Assembly: GCA_963823665.1 (NCBI GenBank)
Contig: CAWGMQ010000007.1
Location: 576,001-640,000 of the forward strand
Source of the DNA: an uncultured Planctomycetota bacterium
GTDB taxonomy: Bacteria > Planctomycetota > Planctomycetia > Isosphaerales > Isosphaeraceae
Reading direction: 5' to 3'
Length of the DNA: 64,000 nucleotides
Both the position numbers and the translations under genes were made by a program. Below the pieces are notes generated by a model. The model had not been told where the DNA came from. It saw nothing but the letters and a program-made list of their open reading frames with translations, and did not search any database. Within the stretch, counting starts at the first letter, position 1; the number at the start of each line of letters is the position of its first letter. Positions 55,686-64,000 of this stretch are shown here, one piece after another.

Positions 55686-57565
55686 CTAACTTGCCCAGTC
55701 AACCGCCACGTCCAGGGCTGTCCCCTGCGCCCCACCGGTCGGCTGGGAGATCGCCTTGCCTTTCAGGAGCGCATCGACATCCCGCCAAAGGGCCTCCCAT
55801 GCCTTCTGCTCGTCGGCGAAGAGCTTTTTGAGAGCATCCCGCTCACGGATGCCGGCGAGATCGGGGTCAACCTTCCAGTGCCCAAGGTTCTGGACGACGA
55901 CGGGGCGGGCCCGGGGACCTGGGCTTTGAAGGATCTTGCCCCAGTCGGCGAGCTCGGCCGTCAGCCAGTCGCGCGCCTGGTCGCGTAGCCGGCGGCGGGC
56001 GGCCTCGTCCGGCGGTGGGACGTCCTTCGATTGACCCGAGCCAGCCAAGGCGGCGGCGCAAACGGCGTTGTAGCGATGGCGGAGTCCAGGATCTCGCCAG
56101 CCTCCTCGGATCGGCCTCGGGCCTTTAGCGCCCGGCCGAAACAACCCAGATGAAGGCCGTTCCGGGCACGGATGAGGCAGAGCTGGCGAAAGACCTCGAT
56201 CGCCTCGTCCGACTCGCCCCGGTTTTCCAGGGCATGGGCCAGCTCGTGGGCCGTCTCGGGACGGATCGCGCGCGCGGCAGTAAAGTAGCGGATGGCCTCG
56301 TCGGTCCGGTCGACCGCCTCCAGCACGCGGGCCAGGTTGTAATTGACCCAGACGTCGTCCGGGTGCCGGCGCTGTGCGCAGCACCGCCTCGGCCGCCGCG
56401 CGGTCCCCGGCCGTATCCAGGGCCAACCCAGCAGGTTCAGGCTCACGGGGCCGAGCTCGTCGAACCGGGCGTCTTTCGCCAGGGCGATCAGCTCGGCCTC
56501 GGACCCGCAGGCGTCCAGCCGCGCCACGGCGTCGGCGGTTGCGCCCTCGGTCGCCTTGCGGATGATCTCGGTCGCGGCCCGGCCCGTGAACGCCGGCATC
56601 CCGGTGAGGACCTCGCAGAGGATCGATCCCAGCGCGAAGACATCGGCCTGCTCGTCGCCCCGATCGGTCTGGCCCCGCGCCTGCTCGGGGGGCATGTAGC
56701 TCGGCGTGCCCATGATCGAGCCGGCGCGGGAGTGGTCCCGGTCCGAGCCGCTCTGCGCCGTGGTGATCAGGGTCTCCTCGGGCGGCTCCTGGCCCGCCCT
56801 CGCATCGGCGGCGACACCGCCCCGCGGCAGGACCCGCGCCAGGCCCCAGTCCATCACCTGGACCTCGCCGAAGCTGCCGACCATCACGTTGGAGGGCTTG
56901 AGGTCGCGATGGATCACCCCGCGGGTGTGGGAGTAGGCCATTGTCTGCGCGATGGCCGCGAAGATCGACAGGAACCGGGGCAGGTCGTCGGCCGGCCCTG
57001 AGCGGTCCTCGAGCAGGTCGGCGAGTGTCTGCCCTTTCACCAGCTTCATGCTGAAGAACGGCCGGCGGTCGGCGAAGGTGCCCAGCTCGTAGATCGGCAC
57101 CACGCCCGGGTGCTGGAGCTGGCCGCCGATCTGGGCCTCCTCGACGAAGCGGCGGACCAGGTCGGCCTTGTCATGGAGGTCGGCGCGCAGGACCTTGATG
57201 GCGACGTCGCGGCCCAGGTCGGGGTCGCGGCCCTTGAGGACTGCCCCCATGCCGCCGCGGGCGATCTCACCGTCGATGCGGTAGCGGATCGACCGGTCGG
57301 CGTCAGTTGAATCGGGTCGGACGACCGGCCCCGGGGTCTCGCCCGGCGCCGTGTCCCGCAGGAGCACGCGGGGGACGGTACCGATGCTCTGTGCGATGGA
57401 GTCGAGGACGCCGGGGCCGGCCAGCTCGAACGTGCCGGTCGTCTCGTGCGACGCGGGCGACGTGCTGGGGAGCGCGGCCCCCATCAGGCAATTCGGGCAA
57501 AGCCCGCGCGGGGCGTCGGCGGGCAGCGTCGCGCCGCAATCCGGACACGTTCGCTGAGGTTTCAT
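55686..57565 (-). pseudogene. Ser/Thr kinase-TPR gene with internal deletions and frameshifts
   Basis: IARGGMGAV, HRDLKPSN, DWGLA, YMPPEQ; jumps from ELIALAKD straight into TPRs; C-terminus ends shortly after KGKAISQPTG. Confidence 0.8.
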
Positions 57566-58047
57566 GGCAAGGTCCTCCCCGGGGTTCCCGACGACCCCTC
57601 GTCGTCTTCCTCTACACATAAGAACGGGAAATCGCCCCGAGGTCACACGAATCCGCGCGGTTTCATCGAGCGAGGGCCGCGAACAGGGCCCGGGAACAGG
57701 GTATTCGATGACGTTTCGGGAAGCGATCGGGGCACGGTTGACCTCGCCTCCAGCTCCGGAGCGAGCGTGAATTCGCAGCTTCGCCGATCTGCGCGAGCCT
57801 ACTCTACGGCATGTCGGCCCGGCGTCGCAACCGACGGCCGCCAGAAGGCCGAGCCTATTTCACCGGCGCCGACGAACCCTACGAAAAACTCACGAATCGC
57901 CGGCAGATCCTTGTGATCACCTTCCTGCGGCGCGGATAATCCGCCGGGTTCTTGAATCAACGTACAATTGGACATTTTACAAGCTGCCCGCTCAGCGACC
58001 GAATACTTGTAAGGCGCCGGGGTTCGAGCTGCGGGAGGTGAGTTGAG

Positions 58048-58470
58048 GTGGGTACACGCGTTCCTGAACGTTTGTCGGTGCCCGAAGCGCGTCCTCGATG
58101 GCGCCTGGTGGTGGACGGCATTGCGCTCCTGTTAGCCGTCTCCTGCTTTGCGAGCGCCTTGTTCCTCGCCATCGCGGTGTTCTGCGCAATTCCACTCGTT
58201 TACTCTACCCTCACCAGCGATTGGCTTGGGGAGACGTTCCGTCGCTTCACTGAAGTCCCCGGAGAGATCAGCCGTTGGCTCGGCCTCGTTACCGTGAGCG
58301 CCCTACCGGGGGGGCTGAGCCTCCTGTTCGCTCGCCGCGGACGGAGCGCGCCCCGTGCCAGAATATCGGGGAGCGCGTTCCGGTTCGCGGTCTGGGGCCT
58401 GTGCATCGACGGGGCTCTGACGGTTTTTCTCGTAACCCTGCGCCCCGTTTATCGGCTGTTCAGCGGATGA
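58048..58470 (+). CDS. Hypothetical membrane protein (about 3 TM)
   Basis: Three hydrophobic segments in 140 aa. Confidence 0.55.
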   Translation: MGTRVPERLSVPEARPRWRLVVDGIALLLAVSCFASALFLAIAVFCAIPLVYSTLTSDWLGETFRRFTEVPGEISRWLGLVTVSALPGGLSLLFARRGRSAPRARISGSAFRFAVWGLCIDGALTVFLVTLRPVYRLFSG

Positions 58471-58526
58471 CTCGTTTGGACAACAGCCTCGTGACTTCGT
58501 CCAAGAAGGGAAGACGACGATAACAC

Positions 58527-60002
58527 TCATCCGTAAATTACGGTCCCATATATGTTGCTGTTGCTGGTCGACGCGAGGTTCTGCGCGACCGCCGATTTCT
58601 TGAGGGTGACCACGCCGCCGGTGGCGACGTAGAGGCCACCGCCAGAGCCTTCGCTGTTGCCGAACAGAACGGTCAACGCCTCGTTCAGGAGGATATTCGA
58701 TTGGTCGAAGCTCGCGGAGCCGCCCGCGCCGACCCAGGCGCCGCCACCCCAGGCGTTGCCGCCTTTCGCTCCCGACCCGGCTCGACCGCCCTGGGCGAAG
58801 TTGCCGGTCACCAAGCTTCCGGTGATGGACAGCGAGGACGTGTCGGCGTTGCCGGAGATGCTGCCGATGGCCACCGCAATGGCACCTCCGATCCCGTCGC
58901 CGCCATTGGCCCCGGAGCCACCGGCACCGCCCTGGGCGAGATTGCGCAGGAAGAGCGTGTTGCTGACGCTCGCGGTGGCGTTGTTTTCGAGAGCCAAGCC
59001 GCCGCCGATGCCGTCGCCACCTGAGCCGCCGCCCGCCCCGGCGCCGCCGATCGCCGTGTTAACCATCACGTTGCTGCCGGCGAGCGCGACACTCCCACCA
59101 CTGCTCAAGATGCCGCCGCCGGCTGCCAGGCCGCCGCCGCTTTCGCCCGTCGCCTTGTTGTTGTTGATCGTGCTGGAGGAGACTTTGAGCGTGGCCGTGT
59201 GGGGCATGCCAAAGGCGGGGGTGACCGTGTTGGCAATGCCACCGCCGGTGGTGGCGGAGTTGCCACTGACCGTGCAGTTGTTCAGCGTGAGCGTCGGGCT
59301 GAAGAGGTAGTTCGTGTTGTACAGCCCGCCGCCGCTCGTGCCGGCGGTGTTACCGCTGACGGTGCTGTTCGTCAGCGTCATCTTGCCGCCCCTGTTGACC
59401 AGGCCGCCACCGTCGTCGGTGGCGGTGTTGCCGCTCACGGTACTGTTGGTGAGCGTGGCTGTGGCCTGGAAGTTGAAAATGCCACCGCCGGCGACGGCGT
59501 TGTTGCCGCTGACGGTGCAGTTGGTCAGCGTCATCGTGCCGTTGCTGTACACTCCGCCGCCGTAGTAGCTGCCGGCGTTGCCGCCGGTGATCGTCAGCCC
59601 CGAGACGGACGCGGTGACACCGCTGTCGACCTGGAACACCCGGCTCGAGTTGTTGCCGGAGACGGCCACCGCGCCGGAGCCCGATCCATTGTAGATCTTG
59701 GTCGCATTGCTCGTGTTGCTCAGCTCGAGCTGACCCTGCTCGAGCGCCACGGTTGCCGCCCCGGGACCCAGGTCGAACTCGATGGCGCTGGGACTTGTCG
59801 CCGCATTAGCCTGCTCGACGGCCCAGCGCAGCGTGCCCGGGGTGAGAGTGGCCGGATCGGCCGCGCTCGTGACCTGGAACGTCGACAGCAGCCGCCGGTC
59901 CTCCAGCGTCATCACGGTCGGCAGCATCCGCCGCCGCCGATTCCGGGACTCGACCGCTGCCCGCCCGCTCCGTCGCTGCTCTCTCGCTTCCTTGCGACTC
60001 AT
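58527..60002 (-). CDS. Secreted right-handed beta-helix / Gly-rich repeat protein with LExRxLL motif
   Basis: LEDRRLLS, GTLRWAV, repeated LTNxTVSGNxAxxGGG, then GGAGG repeats. Confidence 0.88.
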   Translation of the reverse strand: MSRKEAREQRRSGRAAVESRNRRRRMLPTVMTLEDRRLLSTFQVTSAADPATLTPGTLRWAVEQANAATSPSAIEFDLGPGAATVALEQGQLELSNTSNATKIYNGSGSGAVAVSGNNSSRVFQVDSGVTASVSGLTITGGNAGSYYGGGVYSNGTMTLTNCTVSGNNAVAGGGIFNFQATATLTNSTVSGNTATDDGGGLVNRGGKMTLTNSTVSGNTAGTSGGGLYNTNYLFSPTLTLNNCTVSGNSATTGGGIANTVTPAFGMPHTATLKVSSSTINNNKATGESGGGLAAGGGILSSGGSVALAGSNVMVNTAIGGAGAGGGSGGDGIGGGLALENNATASVSNTLFLRNLAQGGAGGSGANGGDGIGGAIAVAIGSISGNADTSSLSITGSLVTGNFAQGGRAGSGAKGGNAWGGGAWVGAGGSASFDQSNILLNEALTVLFGNSEGSGGGLYVATGGVVTLKKSAVAQNLASTSNSNIYGTVIYG

Positions 60003-60222
60003 GATGCTCTCGCTTTCTTGTGATGAAAAAGCTTTCTTACGCCTTCACTAACGCTCGAACGGCACACTCCCGTTTTCTCGTGGCCTCGGACACCGATGGC
60101 TCAAATCAGTGAGTTCACTCTGCTGTCTTCAACGCGACAGAAGCGCGCGAAACCCCTCACTCCCCTTGAAAAACTCTCGCGATTTTCTCGGAATGGCCGT
60201 CGTCGCCGGAATCTCCTCGGTC

Positions 60223-61330
60223 TCAGGGCTCGTTCCTAGTCCCGTCCGTGGGCTTCGCCAGCTTGGTCCGCCATTCGGCGGCCTTGTCCTTCTTGCCCCA
60301 CTCCTCGTAAAGCCGGATGACACGTTCGCCGCCCTCCGCGAGGCGCGGCATGCCAGGCGGGTGGATCTTGGCCTCGCGCGCCTTCATGCCCTCGTAGCCC
60401 GAGACAATCAGCGGCTCGGCCTCGGCGTACTTCTTCTGGCCCAGCAGGCTGTCGCCGAGCAGGCTGCGGGTGTTGAAGGTGGTCCACTCGTCGGGCTGCA
60501 CCTTCTCGCGGATGGCCAGGCACTCGCGCAGAACGGGCTCGGCCTCGGCCCATTTGCCCTGATGGATGAGGCTCAGGCCCCGTACGGCCATGATGCCGGC
60601 GGTCCTGGGATTGTCAGCCCCGAACCGCTTACGAGCGCCGTCCAGGCCGGCGCGGAACAACGGCTCGGCCTCGGGGCCGCGGCCGGTCTGATCCAGGAGG
60701 TTGGCCAGGTCGAGCGTCAAGTCTAGGGTCAATTCGCCGTCCGATCCCTGTGCCTTGCGGTAGCCCTCGAGCGCCCGGCGAAAGAGTGGTTCGGCCTCGG
60801 TCGGTCGGTCGGCGTTCAGGGCATGAGCGAGGTTGTGGACGATCGCGAGCGTGTTGAGGTGGTCGGGGACCAGCTTCGGCTCGAGCAGCTTGAGGGCCTG
60901 CTCGAACAGTGGGACGGCCTCGCCGGCGCGGCCGATCCGCACGAGGACGGAGGCCAGGTCGAACGTCAAGACGAGGGTCAAGTCGCCGTCCGGTCCCTGC
61001 GCCTTGCGGTAGCCCTCGAGCGCCTGGCGGAACAGCCGCTCGGCCTCGGCCGGCTTGGAAGGTGCCAGCTCGCGGGCCCGCTTGTGGAGGCTGGCGAGTG
61101 CTTCGAGCGTGTCGGGCTTGCCGTCGGGCATGGCAGTCGCAGGGGCGAGAGGCTCCCGCGGAGGCACAGACGGCTTTGACCCGGCCGGAGCCTCGCGTTC
61201 CTGGACCGATGCGGTTCCACTCGGCTTCCTCCCCGTCGGTTGGGAGATCGCCTCGCCCTTCAGGAGCACATCGACGTCCTTCCAGAGTGCCTCCCAGGCC
61301 TTCTGTTCGTCGGCGGGGAGCTTCTTGGAG
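60223..61330 (-). pseudogene. C-terminal TPR (kinesin-light-chain-like) fragment of a Ser/Thr kinase; 5' part replaced by the repeat module
   Basis: EAEPLFRRALE repeats, WTTFNTRSLLG, KYAEAEPLIVSGYEG; the first ~27 codons of ORF 60223..61410 are repeat-derived. Confidence 0.8.
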
Positions 61331-61545
61331 GGGAAAAGGTGCCAGGAACCAATTCGTCCGGACCAGAACGGGTTCCGTAGGGCAATCCGTTTGACGATCG
61401 CGCGATACATGTAAACCCACGTCCAAATGTCGAAAGCGCGATGCTGCTCCGCGAAGGTGCATCCCCGTGCCGCTTCATGCCTCTACTAATCGTGGGGATA
61501 ATGTTCGCGGAATCCGGACCCGGGCGCGATTCCCGCCGCCTTCAC
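61330..61545 (+). repeat. REP-anchored module ending in a degenerate tmRNA-like 3' end, copy 1
   Basis: Colinear with 62568..62784; ends GGACCCGGGCGCGATTCCCGCCGCCTTCA. Confidence 0.85.
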
Positions 61546-61761
61546 TTCTTCGCCGGCCTTGGCACGAGTAACATCCAGACTATGGGCCGGGTCATGGCTC
61601 GCTGCTCGCTGACTTCGTCGAACCGGAGCTCGCCGCGCCGGAGGGTTGCCGACTCGTCGTACCGGTCTCGGCCCCGACGAACTTGAGGCGTGCCCGGCCG
61701 AGGCCGATCTGCGCCACGCTGGTATCCCGCTGGAGAGCCGAGCAGCGCTGGAGTCCCGGCC

Positions 61762-62397
61762 TCAGCCGGTCCTTTGCGACGGCAGGATATCTGACACGGC
61801 GATCAGTCCGAGCTGCTGCCCGTCGATTACGACCGGCACGCACTGCCCCTCCGGAAAGACTTCGGTGGAAAGATAGCCGGCCGGAGCCGGGTCGGTATAG
61901 ACCTCGACCTGGCGATCGCCCAGGTTGACGATCCAGTAAATGGGAATCCTGGCCGGCCCGTACACCTCGGAAGCCAGAGTGCGATCCTCCGCGAGGCTGG
62001 TGTCGGCGACTTCGACGATCAGGGCGATCTCGTTTGGACCCGGTTGGTGATCCTCGTAATCGCGGATCGTCCCTCGCACGACGCACCGATCGGGTTCGGG
62101 TTCGCTATCCCGCCCAGGGAGCCGGACCGGCTTGGCTGCCGCGACATGATATCGATCGCGAGGAATAACCCGGGTCAGCTCCGCCCCGCAGAGTTCGTCG
62201 GCCACCCGATGAGGCGGATTCTGAGTCGTCTTGGCTACCAGGTATCCGTTGATGAGATGGAATTGATTGCGGGACTTCAAGCCGCCTGATTCGACCAGCG
62301 CTTCGTATTCGTCGACGCTCATCCGGTAGAGCCGCGACGGGATCCACCCCGACTGCGACTCTGGAATCGTTTGTTGACTCGGCGCGATCGCGGACAT
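61762..62397 (-). CDS. Uma2 (DUF820) PD-(D/E)XK endonuclease-family protein
   Basis: YRMSVDEYEAL, LINGYLV, SEPEPD, LIVEVADTSL, YWIVNL..RQVEVY. Confidence 0.92.
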   Translation of the reverse strand: MSAIAPSQQTIPESQSGWIPSRLYRMSVDEYEALVESGGLKSRNQFHLINGYLVAKTTQNPPHRVADELCGAELTRVIPRDRYHVAAAKPVRLPGRDSEPEPDRCVVRGTIRDYEDHQPGPNEIALIVEVADTSLAEDRTLASEVYGPARIPIYWIVNLGDRQVEVYTDPAPAGYLSTEVFPEGQCVPVVIDGQQLGLIAVSDILPSQRTG

Positions 62398-62548
62398 GCG
62401 AGCTGATCCTTCCCTTCGGCTGCGGGCGTGATTGGGCACTTTCGCTGCTCACTGCATTGTACTCTGGTAACAGACCCAGTTGAAGCCGCCGCAGCCGGGC
62501 CTCACTGCTCGCTCCCGAAGCGCTGACTCCGTTGTCTGGGTGGCTAGT

Positions 62549-62784
62549 GAGGGGAAAAGGTGCCAGAGGGGAAAAGGTGCCAGGAACCAATTCGCCCGGA
62601 CGACAACGAGTTCCGTAGGGCAATCCGTTTGACAATCGCGCGATACATGTAAATCCCCGTCCAAATGTCGCAAGCGCGATGCCGCTCCGCGAAGGTACAT
62701 CCTCGTCCCTCTTCACACTGCAACTGATCTTGGGGAAAACGTTCGCGGAATCCGGGACGCGGGTGCAATTCCCGCCGCCTCCAC
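62549..62784 (+). repeat. REP-anchored module ending in a tmRNA-like 3' end, copy 2
   Basis: Tandem GAGGGGAAAAGGTGCCA x2, two stems, then GGACGCGGGTGCAATTCCCGCCGCCTCCA. Confidence 0.85.
62755..62783 (+). other. tmRNA (ssrA)-like 3' fragment, possible att-site remnant
   Basis: GGAC + 5-bp T-stem GCGGG/CCCGC + 7-nt loop + acceptor strand CGCCTCC (U70-type) + discriminator A; no matching 5' GGGGGCG strand nearby. Confidence 0.7.
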
Positions 62785-62807
62785 ATCCTATGTTGTAATT
62801 CGTCTGA

Positions 62808-63269
62808 TTATGATGCGTTACGACTACAAGCGGTGCGCGGCGAGACGCCCAGAACCTGGGCACACTCAGAGAGTGTCAAGCCGCCGAAATGTCGTAGCTG
62901 GACGAGCTCAGCAAGTTTTGGCTGGTCGACCGCCAGCCGTGAGAGGGCAATATCGAGTGCTTCGATGTTGGTATCTTCCGGCGTTGTAGCCAGTTGCTCG
63001 GTTTCAAGATCGACGCGGCGCCCGCCTCCTCGCTTGGCGGCGTTCCTGGCGCGGGCGTGGTCGACGAGGATCCGACGCATCGCCTGCGCGGCCGCTTTCA
63101 AGTAGTCGCTGCGCGACGCGAACGACCGCTCGCCGCCGAGCTTCAAAAATACTTCGTGAACAAGAGCCGTGGCGTCGAGGGTATGGCCGGGCTTTTCCGA
63201 TGCGAGCTTCGCCGCCGCGAGCTGGCGGAGTTCGTCGTACACGTACGGAAGGAGTTCCGCGGGGTTCAT
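62808..63269 (-). pseudogene. Planctomycete-type ECF sigma factor (TIGR02999-like), 3'-truncated
   Basis: LLPYVYDELRQLAAAKL, HTLDATALVHE, AMRRILVDHAR, KRGGG; similarity stops at VSPRTA, before the usual W..ARAWL helix. Confidence 0.8.
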
Positions 63270-63277
63270 TTCATCAT

Positions 63278-64000
63278 TCAGTTGGCGGAGGCGATCACTC
63301 GTTGCCAGCGTGCCGGCACGGTGTCCCATGCCGATTGGTAGGTTACTTCCAGAGGCACCATGACGTACAGCTCTGGTGCGAGAAAGAGCGGCATGTCGGG
63401 CAACGCGTCCCCGACGCCGACAGTTTCAATGTAGGCCCTCGTGCAGAGGTCCGCATCGTAAGCGACCATGGTGAGCGGTTTCTCCGGAGGTAGTTCAAAC
63501 GGCTCGTCAGTGAATTGTTCCCAGATCGCTGAGTGAATGCCGTTCGGATCCCGGCGACCGGGAGGAAACGGGTCGAGCAAAAGCAGATGAATCCGTTGCT
63601 CCATCAATTCGCAGGCCTTCTGTACGAACGCTCGGAAGGAGTTGGCATTGTTTTTGTTTCCCGGCGAGACGATTTCGACGATGGCGACAATGTGATCCCC
63701 GCTGACGTGACGGACTGCCACCATGCTTTTCTTGCGCTGTTGGAACTCGCCGGGGAGTTCGGTGTAGTACGTCGTCTTGGGACGTGCCTGAGTCGCGACA
63801 CCCCCGCCGTTGTAAGCCGTGGCGACCGTCCGGTCTTGCAACGTCAAGACATCCGGCCCAAACCCGGCAGCCACTTGCTCAGCAAGGGCATAATAATCGG
63901 GTGGCAGCAACCCTCGGTTCAGCGCGCGTTTGATTTCCGAGATCCACTCGTGGTGGAAATCGTGGTAGATCCCGGCATCCACGCGAGTCCAGTCGTGCAT
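63278..64000 (-). CDS. DUF4058-family protein (PD-(D/E)XK-like); start at the window edge
   Basis: HDWTRVDAGIYHDFHHEW, LPPDYYALAEQ, IVEIVSPGNK, IHLLLLD, LPDMPLFL. Confidence 0.88.
   Translation of the reverse strand: MHDWTRVDAGIYHDFHHEWISEIKRALNRGLLPPDYYALAEQVAAGFGPDVLTLQDRTVATAYNGGGVATQARPKTTYYTELPGEFQQRKKSMVAVRHVSGDHIVAIVEIVSPGNKNNANSFRAFVQKACELMEQRIHLLLLDPFPPGRRDPNGIHSAIWEQFTDEPFELPPEKPLTMVAYDADLCTRAYIETVGVGDALPDMPLFLAPELYVMVPLEVTYQSAWDTVPARWQRVIASAN

Noticed and set aside
55738..61328. DGR template/variable repeat pair (55738..55830 vs 61235..61328)
   Set aside because: Differences are mostly synonymous and not adenine-specific; no reverse transcriptase in the window
61341..62397. Classical integron with attC cassettes
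   Set aside because: No integron integrase and no RYYYAAC...GTTRRRY attC boundaries recognised
62549..62784. Complete or permuted tmRNA/tRNA gene
   Set aside because: No 5' acceptor strand (GGGGGCG) able to pair with CGCCTCC, no tag ORF and no cloverleaf; only the 3' end is supported

Overview
High-GC bacterial chromosomal segment. The gene content points to Planctomycetota, probably Isosphaeraceae-like (inference): DUF1559, DUF1501/DUF1800, planctomycete-type ECF sigma factors with Ser/Thr kinases, LExRxLL secreted proteins, Uma2 and DUF4058. The relatively intact middle (13-45 kb) holds a BlaI/BlaR1(M56)-DUF1800-DUF1501 operon, a DUF1559 cluster, a giant TPR/alpha-2-macroglobulin gene, an ECF-kinase pair, a putative pseudo-esterase, and CARDB and NIPSNAP genes. 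Two decaying accessory zones flank it (0-13 kb and 45-64 kb), with IS1182-like, IS3, IS110, IS4 and RAYT-like elements or remnants, a VapBC module, kinase fragments and many REP-like repeats. Most long genes carry 1-3 isolated frameshifts, probably sequencing indels. The most unusual signals are non-coding. (i) A ~215-235 bp module occurs twice in direct orientation around a Uma2 gene, plus a third 5' stub; it starts with a GGAAAAGGTGCCAGGAACCAATTCG repeat, contains two conserved stems, ends in a tmRNA-like T-arm/acceptor 3' end, and sits where an ECF sigma gene and a kinase-TPR gene are broken. (ii) A diverged ~265 bp non-coding element occurs twice, 40 kb apart, with 10-bp-period direct repeats and a TATAAC box. 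(iii) An intact IS4 is inserted into a GTAG REP hairpin. (iv) An IS110 with a candidate bridge-RNA region is inactivated by a 41-bp tandem duplication. No CRISPR array, rRNA, complete tRNA/tmRNA, integrase or reverse transcriptase was seen. All family calls come from motif recognition by eye, not database searches.
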